Source of the DNA: an uncultured Verrucomicrobiae bacterium
GTDB lineage: Bacteria; Verrucomicrobiota; Verrucomicrobiia; Chthoniobacterales; UBA10450
Reading direction: 5' to 3'
NCBI GenBank assembly: GCA_963756875.1
Contig: CAVWPA010000002.1
Span: 64,001 to 128,000 of the forward strand
Length of the DNA: 64,000 bases
Made by a program: the position numbers and the translations under genes. Under the pieces are notes generated by a model. The model searched no databases. It was not told the origin of the DNA and was given only the letters and a program-made list of their open reading frames with translations. Below are positions 48,237 through 56,465 of this stretch, piece after piece. The first letter of the stretch is position 1, and each line of letters begins with the position of its first letter.

Positions 48237-49203
48237 GGGTTGTAAAATAAAAGACGCCAAACAAGCGTGAATCGTCGGTCCACAGTTTTTGAAAGTCGAA
48301 TCCGGCACTGTGGGCAAGCGCCGCGAAGCTATCCGGCGTGTATTTGTAGGAATACTCGGTAAGAATTCTTTCGCCGGCTGCGAAATGAAATTTCCGGTCC
48401 TGGATATGGACCGCCTGGTCGTCGTTACTAACCAGATAAATCTCGATCCGGCCCTCGCTCGAATTGTAAACGGCCGAATGGTGCCAATGTTTTAAGTCGA
48501 AATCCGCATCGAGCTCGCGGTTTGCGCGAGCAAGCAGATTTAGATTGAACTGCGCCGTCACACCGGCGCTGTCGTTGTAAGCGCTTTCCAGAACGTGTCT
48601 CTCCTTTTGCAGATCGACACCAATCAAAAGCCCGCCGCCGTGCCCGCAATGCTGGGCGACGCGCTTTAAAAACGCCGCCGCGGCCCCGAGCTCAAAGTTG
48701 CCGACGGTAGACCCTGGAAAGTAAACAACTTTGCGCGCGGGTTTTCGTGTCGGGGAAGGCAAATCGAATGGTTCCAGGTAATCGGCGCAAACGGGCAGAA
48801 CTTCCAGGTCCGCAAACCTTTTCCGAAACCAGACGGTGGATTCTTCCAGTTGCTCCTTCGAAATATCCACCGGGATATAGGCGACCGGTTTCTCCAGCCC
48901 TTCAAGAAGCAGGCGGGTCTTTGTTCCTGCGCCAGTGCCGAGTCCGATTAGCTCCACGCCGCGGCCGAGCAGCGCTGAGATTTCATCAGAATAACGGTCG
49001 AGAATCTGCAACTCGGTCCGGGTTGGATAATATTCCGGCAGCTCGCAAATTTTTTGAAACAGGGCTGCGCCAGTGGCGTCGTAAAAATATTTGCACGGCA
49101 GGCTGCGGGGCCGGCTGAAAAGACCGTCAACGACTTCGGAAAGGAAATCCGATTTCGCCGGCTCGAGATCGAGAACAGCCGTTCGATTTAAGTTGCGGTT
49201 CAT
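48232..49203 (-). CDS. egtD: L-histidine N-alpha-methyltransferase EgtD
   Basis: LPCKYFYD..G..LF..I..LPEYYPTRTE, LG.G...KT..L, FPGST.GN, AYND..GVTA.FN.N, TEYSYKY. Confidence 0.95.
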   Translation of the reverse strand: MNRNLNRTAVLDLEPAKSDFLSEVVDGLFSRPRSLPCKYFYDATGAALFQKICELPEYYPTRTELQILDRYSDEISALLGRGVELIGLGTGAGTKTRLLLEGLEKPVAYIPVDISKEQLEESTVWFRKRFADLEVLPVCADYLEPFDLPSPTRKPARKVVYFPGSTVGNFELGAAAAFLKRVAQHCGHGGGLLIGVDLQKERHVLESAYNDSAGVTAQFNLNLLARANRELDADFDLKHWHHSAVYNSSEGRIEIYLVSNDDQAVHIQDRKFHFAAGERILTEYSYKYTPDSFAALAHSAGFDFQKLWTDDSRLFGVFYFTTL

Positions 49204-50579
49204 GCGACATCGTGTCCGAGCCGGATCCCGCTGAATTGCCAGCGCTTGTCCGGTTGGAAGAAATTGCGATAGGTTTTACGGATGTGCGTGCGCGATGTTG
49301 CGCAGGAACCGCCGCGCAACACGTACTGATTGCACATAAACTTTCCATTGTATTCACCGAGCGCCCCCGGCGCCGCGCGATAACCGGGATAGGGCGAATA
49401 GGCGCTGCGGGTCCATTCCCAAACATCCCCAAAGAGCTGGTGCAGCTTGTTAGAGCCGGTTCCATGCGTGTTGTTTCCCTCACCTGGCGCTTTGCGTCCT
49501 CCTCTCCCTGAGGGAGAGGATTGAGGTGAGGGCGTGCCGGAACTGGCGGCCGGGTGGAACCGCTCGGTCTCGACGAAATTTCCATCAAGCGGAACGTTTG
49601 CGGCCGCGCGCTCCCATTCGAACTCGGTGGGAAGCCGCGCTTTCGCCCAATTGGCGTAGGCATCGGCTTCGAAATAACTCACGTGGGTGACAGGCTCGTT
49701 TTCGTCGACAGGACGAAATCCGGAGAGCGTGAAGTTCCACCAGGCGTCGTCGCGTTTCGTCCAATAAAGTGGCGCCTGCCAGCGCTGTTCGTTCACTGTC
49801 GTCCAGCCTAACGAAAGCCAAAATTCGGAACGCGCGTAGCCGTTGTCCTCGATGAACCGAAGAAACTCTCCGTTGGTCACGAGTCGCGGAGCAAGCGAGA
49901 AAGCCGGCACCAGGGCGCGATGACGGGGACCTTCGTTATCATAGGAAAATCCACGGCCGTCGTGACCGATCTCAAGCGTCGCTTCGTCGAACTCGACAAA
50001 GCTTACTGGCGAAACGTTACCAGATTCCTTGTCGACATTGCGTTTGCGATAAACCGGATGAAGCGGGTTTTGCGCGAAGACATGCTTGATATCGGTGACC
50101 AGCAACTCCTGATGTTGCTGCTCATGATGGATGCCGAGAATGACAATCGGCTCGATTTCGCGGAACAGTTTTTCGTCTGCGCCGGAGAGAAGTTTATTAA
50201 TGGACGAATCGACCGACGAACGGTAGCGCCGCGTTTCGTCGACCGTAGGTCGCGAGATCAACCCGCGAAGGTCGCGCCGGTGCATGTCACCGGCCGCATT
50301 ATAATAGGAATTAAAAAGATAAGCGTACTCCGGAACCTCCGGCTTATAGCCGGGCAGCCATTTTTTTAAGAGGAACGTTTCAAAGAACCAGGTGGTATGC
50401 GCGAGATGCCACTTCGTGGGGCTGACTTCCGGCATCGATTGAACGACACAATCCTCCGGCGCCAGTCCCTGGCAGAGTTCTGTCGTAAGGTTTCGGACGT
50501 CATGAAATCGGTTGAGTAGAGACGGAAGGCGCGACGAGGCGGCCGGCGAGCGCGACGGCGCGGCCGTTGCCTTTTCCAT
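49200..50579 (-). CDS. egtB: Ergothioneine biosynthesis sulfoxide synthase EgtB
   Basis: VQSMP..SPTKWHLAHT.WFFE, FNSYY, R..RG...RP, HHEQQHQE, DNEGP.H, GDVWEWT, GEYNGKFM, YRNFF; 4-bp overlap with egtD. Confidence 0.96.
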   Translation of the reverse strand: MEKATAAPSRSPAASSRLPSLLNRFHDVRNLTTELCQGLAPEDCVVQSMPEVSPTKWHLAHTTWFFETFLLKKWLPGYKPEVPEYAYLFNSYYNAAGDMHRRDLRGLISRPTVDETRRYRSSVDSSINKLLSGADEKLFREIEPIVILGIHHEQQHQELLVTDIKHVFAQNPLHPVYRKRNVDKESGNVSPVSFVEFDEATLEIGHDGRGFSYDNEGPRHRALVPAFSLAPRLVTNGEFLRFIEDNGYARSEFWLSLGWTTVNEQRWQAPLYWTKRDDAWWNFTLSGFRPVDENEPVTHVSYFEADAYANWAKARLPTEFEWERAAANVPLDGNFVETERFHPAASSGTPSPQSSPSGRGGRKAPGEGNNTHGTGSNKLHQLFGDVWEWTRSAYSPYPGYRAAPGALGEYNGKFMCNQYVLRGGSCATSRTHIRKTYRNFFQPDKRWQFSGIRLGHDVA

Positions 50580-50599
50580 TGTTGCAGCTCCCGTCGAAC

Positions 50600-51001
50600 T
50601 CAAGTGATTTCGCCTTCTTGTTCCAGTTCTTCCCTTCGCGCCTCGACCATTTGATCGTGCTCGGCTTCTTCCAATCCGTCGTTCACCAGATGTTCGCCAA
50701 GCGTTTCTTCTTCCTCTGCTCCCGGTCGAGGGGCACGGTGACCCTTGGAACCGGCAACCACGTTCCATTCCTCGGTCACGTCTGCATTGCTGGGCGTTTC
50801 CTCCGGCGGGGTGTTAAATTCCGCGCCCATCAGCTCCTGTCGGGCCTGGTTCCAGTCCTGGTCCGTGAAATCGTCGGGGTTGCGCTCGTCGATTAACGCA
50901 ATTTCCCGGGCGCGTTTTTCTACTTCTTCCGGCGACGGCACGCCCATCCCGCTGCCATGCAGGAAAATTTTGCCGCTGGGCGGTTCTGATTGGTCGTTCA
51001 T
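50600..51001 (-). CDS. Acidic hypothetical protein upstream of egtB
   Basis: 133-aa ORF, E/D-rich, RAREIA..DW.QA..EL pattern; 20 bp from the egtB start. Confidence 0.75.
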   Translation of the reverse strand: MNDQSEPPSGKIFLHGSGMGVPSPEEVEKRAREIALIDERNPDDFTDQDWNQARQELMGAEFNTPPEETPSNADVTEEWNVVAGSKGHRAPRPGAEEEETLGEHLVNDGLEEAEHDQMVEARREELEQEGEIT

Positions 51002-51066
51002 AATCGTTTAATACAAGAAAATAAGATGCAGAATGTGGAGGTAGTCGAGGAGATTTAGAAATTAAA

Positions 51067-51942
51067 GTGACGTCGGAAACGAGATCGGTTCCACTGAAAC
51101 GAGGCGGTCACCTTGCGTACGGCGAGTACGGCGTCCCCCAAGGGATTCCCACATTTTTTTTCCACGGCTGGCCCAGTTCGCGAACAATGGCCGAATTGAC
51201 GGATGCGGCGGCGCGCGATCTCGGTGTGCGAATCATTTCGCCCGATCGTCCCGGGATCTGCGAGTCGGCATTTCAAATGAATCGCATGTTGCTCGATTGG
51301 CCTGAGGTTTTGGAGACGTTGGCCGATCATTTGCAGATCGACCGGTTTCACTTGCTCGCGATCTCAGGCGGCGCGCCGTACGCTTATGCGAGCGCGTGGC
51401 GAATGCCGGAGCGCGTGCGTGCGATCGCAATCGTCAGCGGCGCTCCGCCGATTGCAGATCTGAGCGATCATAGTGGACTGCTGCCGCTTTATCGGCGCAT
51501 GCTGGCGCTGGATCGCAAGCATCCGAAACTATTGCGCACGCTTTTCTATATGGTGCGCCCATTCGCCATGTTTCGGATGCCATTTCGTTATATGCGAGTG
51601 CTCCTGAACATGTTGCAACCTTGCGACAGGGAAGCGTTGAGTGATTCGGTCGCGTTTGATGCATGTTTCGAAAGCCAGCGACGAGCATGGCGGGGGTCGG
51701 GTGAAGGTGTCTTGGCCGATGCGCAAATTTACGCCCAGCCGTGGGGTTTTCGATTGGAGGACGTCAAAGTGCCCGTCCGGCTTTGGCATGGGAAGCAGGA
51801 CCGCGCGTTTTCATTTCACGTCGCGGAGGAAGTCGCCGGGCGGCTGCCGAATTGCACAGCGCGTTACGTCGATAGCGAAGGCCATTACTCGTTGCCGATC
51901 CGCCACATGCACGAAATTCTGGCCGATTTGGTCGCCATATAA
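51067..51942 (+). CDS. Alpha/beta hydrolase
   Basis: LAY.EYG...G, FHGWPSSR, PDRPG, ISGGAPY, WHG..D, EGH. Confidence 0.92.
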   Translation: MTSETRSVPLKRGGHLAYGEYGVPQGIPTFFFHGWPSSRTMAELTDAAARDLGVRIISPDRPGICESAFQMNRMLLDWPEVLETLADHLQIDRFHLLAISGGAPYAYASAWRMPERVRAIAIVSGAPPIADLSDHSGLLPLYRRMLALDRKHPKLLRTLFYMVRPFAMFRMPFRYMRVLLNMLQPCDREALSDSVAFDACFESQRRAWRGSGEGVLADAQIYAQPWGFRLEDVKVPVRLWHGKQDRAFSFHVAEEVAGRLPNCTARYVDSEGHYSLPIRHMHEILADLVAI

Positions 51943-51981
51943 CTTGCCGCGGGTCATTTTAGCGCTCAGTGGCGATAGGAA

Positions 51982-53085
51982 TTGCAGCCGGCACAGCTCC
52001 CTCTACAGTTCGGCGTGGAAGATTTCACAGCAGGCGCGATTCAAGCGCAACCGGCCCGAAGACAATGGAGCGTCGAACCGCCGTTCGATGCGCGTATTCA
52101 GGAATTGGTGCGTGAATGGGGAGCGGAAACGCCCGAACTGATCGAAGAAATCATCGTGACTGCGTTAAAAATGGCGCGGGACGAGATGAGCGTGGCGGAC
52201 CTGAAGCTGATCAACCGTTCGGTAAAGGAGATGCGGTACGCGGCCAAGGTTTTCGCGCCCTATGCCCACTTTCGGAAAGTGGCGATCTTTGGATCGGCAA
52301 GAATTCCCCCCGAAGCGCCGGAGTTCCGGGTGGCGGAAGATTTCGCGCGGGAGATGGTCGCGCACAATTACATGATCATTACCGGCGGCGGTGATGGAAT
52401 CATGGGCGCGGCGCAGCGCGGCGCCGGTCGCGATCGCAGTTTCGGCCTGAACATCCGGCTGCCGTTCGAACAGCGGGCGAACGAAGTGATCGATGGCGAT
52501 CGAAAGCTGATCAACTTCAATTATTTTTTCACACGCAAACTGAATTTTGTGAAAGAGACCCATGCCTTCGCGCTCTTTCCCGGCGGCTTCGGGACGATGG
52601 ATGAGACATTCGAAGCGCTCACTTTGATGCAGACGGGCAAGGCGCGCGTTATTCCGGTCGTGCTGCTCGACCAACCGAACGGACATTACTGGAAAACATG
52701 GATGAAATTTGTTACCGAGCATTTGCTGAAGTTAAATCTGGTTTCTCCGGAGGATTTTTCCCTGTTCAAGACCGCCAATAGCGTGAACGAAGCGGTGGAA
52801 GAAATCCTGCGATTTTACCGTATTTATCACTCTTCGCGCTGGGTGGGCCAGCAGCTCGTTATTCGCATCAACGAGCCGTTGGCAAATAAAGCGGTTGCAG
52901 CTCTGAATGAAAACTTCTCAGACTTCCTTCGCAAAGGCCGGATCGTGCAGAGCGGCGCATTGCCTCAAGAGGAGAACGAACCTGAGATATTGAATTTGCC
53001 GCGACTTGTTTTCACGCCGCATCGGTCGAGGTTTGGGCGTTTGCGGCAGTTAATCGACGCGATCAATTCGTCCTCTCAAGCCTAA
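51982..53085 (+). CDS. LOG family (TIGR00730-like) nucleotide monophosphate nucleosidase, extended form
   Basis: IFGSAR, ITGGG.GIM.A, LNI.LPFEQ..N, F.YFF.RK, PGGFGTMDE; start uncertain. Confidence 0.92.
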   Translation: MQPAQLPLQFGVEDFTAGAIQAQPARRQWSVEPPFDARIQELVREWGAETPELIEEIIVTALKMARDEMSVADLKLINRSVKEMRYAAKVFAPYAHFRKVAIFGSARIPPEAPEFRVAEDFAREMVAHNYMIITGGGDGIMGAAQRGAGRDRSFGLNIRLPFEQRANEVIDGDRKLINFNYFFTRKLNFVKETHAFALFPGGFGTMDETFEALTLMQTGKARVIPVVLLDQPNGHYWKTWMKFVTEHLLKLNLVSPEDFSLFKTANSVNEAVEEILRFYRIYHSSRWVGQQLVIRINEPLANKAVAALNENFSDFLRKGRIVQSGALPQEENEPEILNLPRLVFTPHRSRFGRLRQLIDAINSSSQA

Positions 53086-53103
53086 TCGGATCAATTCTCG
53101 CCT

Positions 53104-53217
53104 GTCATCCCGAACGGAGTGAGGGACCTCACCCAAGGCGACGGATACGCTAGCGGCCGCTAGTATGACCTTTCACGCAATGAGGGGTTCCTCGCCGTCT
53201 TCGCGGCTCGGGATGAC
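53104..53217. repeat. GTCAT-ended palindromic element
   Basis: GTCATCCCGA...GAGGGACCTCA ... TGAGGGGTTCCTC ... TCGGGATGAC (10-bp perfect terminal IR). Confidence 0.82.
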
Positions 53218-53306
53218 CGCGTCAACGCGTCGACGTTCGTTGCCATATGACCGGTGCGATGGTCGCGCGCCGCGCCTTGCCAAAAACTTAATGCCGACCT
53301 GGCGCC

Positions 53307-53582
53307 TCAGTTCTGATCGAGTGCCGCGCGTTTCTCGAGAATGTAATCGTGTATCGTGTTGACCGTCTGCAACGCTTTGCCCGCGACTTCGGAATTGGGC
53401 ACGCTGACTCCGAACGTTTTTTCCATGCTCACGGCAATTTCCAAGGCGTCAATCGAATCGAGGCCGAGGCCGTTTGGGCCGAAAAGCGGCAGATCGTCTC
53501 CGATCTGATCCGCGGTGGTTTGCAGCATCAAATTTTTGACCAGCATCTCTTTGATGCGCGCGCGTAGGTCGGAGTCGGACAT
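53307..53582 (-). CDS. Acyl carrier protein
   Basis: LFG..GLGLDSIDALE phosphopantetheine motif. Confidence 0.92.
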   Translation of the reverse strand: MSDSDLRARIKEMLVKNLMLQTTADQIGDDLPLFGPNGLGLDSIDALEIAVSMEKTFGVSVPNSEVAGKALQTVNTIHDYILEKRAALDQN

Positions 53583-53696
53583 AAAACGAATGCGGAAATT
53601 GCCGCATCAAATCGAACAGGTCAATCGAAACAGATGAGGAAACCGATCGCCCAGTGCTCTGGCCAATTTTTTCTTTGCGTCCCGCAGAGCCCGCGG

Positions 53697-54023
53697 CTAC
53701 GCCTGACCGGCCGTGTCGCTGGGGGCGGCCGTTTGGGTTGGATTGGCCTGCGGCGCATCGCTGGCCGAGGAATTGTCGATTCGCGGGACGGTTGATTGGG
53801 CGGGTTGCGCAGTCGGTTTAGCGGCAGTGGTGTCGGTTTGGCCTGCCTTGTGCAGTTCGTCCGTGAACTCATCCTTGGCCTTTTGGAACTCACGAATGGC
53901 CTGGCCCATTCCCCGCGCCAGCTCGGGCAACTTCTTGGCGCCGAAGAGCAGCAAAATGACCAGGAGAATGAGAAACAAATCCCCTCCCGAGAAGAGGTTC
54001 GTTAGGCTGGCAACCAGGCTCAT
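53697..54023 (-). CDS. tatA: Twin-arginine translocase TatA/E
   Basis: ILLLFGAKKLPELARGMGQAIREFQKA. Confidence 0.95.
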   Translation of the reverse strand: MSLVASLTNLFSGGDLFLILLVILLLFGAKKLPELARGMGQAIREFQKAKDEFTDELHKAGQTDTTAAKPTAQPAQSTVPRIDNSSASDAPQANPTQTAAPSDTAGQA

Positions 54024-54084
54024 ATACAGCTGAAAAGATCAGGCCGTTTCCGCAAGTTGCAAGGCATTTTCCAGGAACCATCCC

Positions 54085-54197
54085 TGTAGACGCTTAGATC
54101 TGCGCCGTCGCCGAACCCCAAAAGCTTTCGGGGAAGGAGACTGCCAGGCGTCTGTGCCAGCCCCGAAAGCATTCGGGGTTCACAGAAACGCCCTACA
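54085..54197. repeat. Composite GTAG REP containing two CCCCGAAAGC-type hairpins
   Basis: TGTAGACGC...CCCCAAAAGCTTTCGGGG...CCCCGAAAGCATTCGGGG-TTCACAGAAACGCCCTACA. Confidence 0.8.
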
Positions 54198-54254
54198 ATG
54201 CTGCAATCAGCGGATCCAACGAGTCCTGGCCTGTCCACTTCTGCATCCGGCATG

Positions 54255-55676
54255 TCACACGTCGTAATACATGCTGAATTCGTACGGGTGCGGCCTCAGG
54301 CGCAAGGCATCGTATTCCTTCTGTTTCATGTCGATCCAGTTGGCGATGAAGTCGGCGTTGAAGACGTCGCCGCGCAGCAGGAAGGAATGATCGTTGCGCA
54401 GGGCTTCGATTGCGCCGCTGAGCGAATCGGGCACGCTGGCGATTTGCGCGAGCTCTTCCGGCGGGAGTTCGTAAAGGTTCTTGTCCAACGGATCGCCGGG
54501 GTCGATTCGATTCTGGACTCCATCGAGGCCAGCGAGGAGCATCGCGGAAAACGCGAGATACGGATTGGCTGCCGCGTCCGGTGTGCGGAACTCGATTCGT
54601 TTTGCTTTGGGGCTGGGCGAATAAGTCGGGATGCGAATTGCAGCGGACCGGTTGCGCGCGGAGTACGCCAGATTGACCGGCGCTTCGAATCCGGGCACGA
54701 GGCGTTTGTAGCTGTTCGTGATCGGGTTCGTCAGGCAGGTCAGCGCGGGCGCGTGTTTCAAAATTCCGCCGATAAAAAAGAGCGCCATGTCGCTTAACCC
54801 GGCGTAGCCGTTTCCGGCGAAAAGCGGCTTATCGCCGTTCCAGAGAGATATGTGGGTGTGCATGCCCGAGCCGTTATCGCCGAAGAGCGGCTTGGGCATG
54901 AAGGTTACGCTTTTGTTATGTTTTTTGCCGACGTTGCGCAGGATGTATTTGTAATACTGCAAATTGTCGGCCATGCGTTTGAGCGGCGCGAAACGGATAT
55001 CGATTTCGGCCTGGCCGGCGGTGGCGACTTCGTGGTGCTGACGTTCGATGGGTATGCCGGCGCGCTCCAGCTCCAGGCACATCTCGTTGCGTATGTCCTG
55101 CAAACTGTCCAGTGGCGCAGCCGGGAAGTAACCTTCCTTTGCGCGGATTTTATAACCAAGGTTTGGAAATTCCTCGCGCGCGCTGTTCCAATGCCCCTCG
55201 ACGCTGTCGACGTGATGGAATGACGAGTTGCCGTTGTAACTGAAACGCACGTCGTCAAAAATGAAAAACTCCGCTTCCGGCCCGAAGAACGCCGTGTCCG
55301 CGATACCGGTGCTTTTCAAATAAGCCTCCGCTTTTTCGGCAACGCCGCGGGGGTCGCGATCGTAAGGCTCGCGGGTGATTGGATCGACAATCGTGCAGAT
55401 GAGGCTCAGCGTCGGTTCGGCGTTGAAGATGTCGATCCACGCGGTCGACGCATCGGGAATAACGAGCATGTCCGAGGCGTTGATCACTCTCCAGCCGCGG
55501 ATACTGGAACCGTCGAATCCGAGACCGTCTGTAAAGATTTCCTCGTTGTATTCGGTCAGTGTGGTCGTGAAATGCTGCCAGGCGCCGAGAAGGTCCGTGA
55601 ACTTGAAGTCGATCAATTTCACGTTGTGGTCTTTGATCAATTTACTGACGTCAGATGGGGTTTTGTCTTTAGCCAT
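54255..55676 (-). CDS. glnA: Glutamine synthetase type I
   Basis: [50 protein letters not shown] adenylylation-site motif. Confidence 0.99.
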   Translation of the reverse strand: MAKDKTPSDVSKLIKDHNVKLIDFKFTDLLGAWQHFTTTLTEYNEEIFTDGLGFDGSSIRGWRVINASDMLVIPDASTAWIDIFNAEPTLSLICTIVDPITREPYDRDPRGVAEKAEAYLKSTGIADTAFFGPEAEFFIFDDVRFSYNGNSSFHHVDSVEGHWNSAREEFPNLGYKIRAKEGYFPAAPLDSLQDIRNEMCLELERAGIPIERQHHEVATAGQAEIDIRFAPLKRMADNLQYYKYILRNVGKKHNKSVTFMPKPLFGDNGSGMHTHISLWNGDKPLFAGNGYAGLSDMALFFIGGILKHAPALTCLTNPITNSYKRLVPGFEAPVNLAYSARNRSAAIRIPTYSPSPKAKRIEFRTPDAAANPYLAFSAMLLAGLDGVQNRIDPGDPLDKNLYELPPEELAQIASVPDSLSGAIEALRNDHSFLLRGDVFNADFIANWIDMKQKEYDALRLRPHPYEFSMYYDV

Positions 55677-55720
55677 GGGGTTTTGAGTCGCGGGTTGCTG
55701 ATTGAGAACTTGGAAACAAG

Positions 55721-55844
55721 AAATGACGAAATCCGAATGGCGAATGCCGAAAGAATGACTGAATGACGAATAGCGCGGTGGCGCGGAATTGCGTCATTCG
55801 AATTTGGTCATTGGTTCTGGCTTCGCAATTCGAGCTTCGTCACT
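55721..55844. repeat. Inverted heptamer tandem array (AATGACG-like) between glnB and glnA
   Basis: AAATGACGAA..CGAATGG CGAATGC..GAATGACT GAATGAC GAAT ... GTCATTCG..GTCATT..TTCGTCAC; same family at 63774. Confidence 0.8.
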
Positions 55845-55855
55845 AAAGTCACACG

Positions 55856-56230
<375 letters not shown>

Positions 56231-56307
56231 TCAAAAGCTGAGCGCAGCACGCGCTCTCTTAGCAATGTCCCGTTGCAAATGCAATCACGATTTTTTGCAA
56301 AAGCTTC

Positions 56308-56396
56308 TGTCATCCTGAGCGGGGTGAAGGACTTCGCAGTCGAAGCACCGGCTTCCGGCGAAGCCGAGACCGCGCAAGGTGTTTGTGTGAGGTTCC
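56308..56396. repeat. Truncated GTCAT-ended palindromic element
   Basis: TGTCATCCTGAGCGGGGTGAAGGACTTCGC ... GTGAGGTTCC; right end missing. Confidence 0.6.
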
Positions 56397-56428
56397 GTCC
56401 TGCCTGCTTGCTCGCTCGCCTCGTAAAT

Positions 56429-56459
56429 TTGACGCCGCCCCCTTGACCGGTTTTATAAT
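56429..56459 (+). promoter_or_regulatory. Putative sigma70 promoter of dnaE
   Basis: Perfect TATAAT at 56454-56459, 6 nt before the ATG; TTGACG 19 bp upstream (suboptimal spacing). Confidence 0.55.
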
Positions 56460-56465
56460 CGTTCA

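Noticed and set aside
48232..50579. Selenoneine (senABC) cluster
   Set aside because: No selenophosphate synthetase or SenB-like glycosyltransferase beside egtB/egtD.
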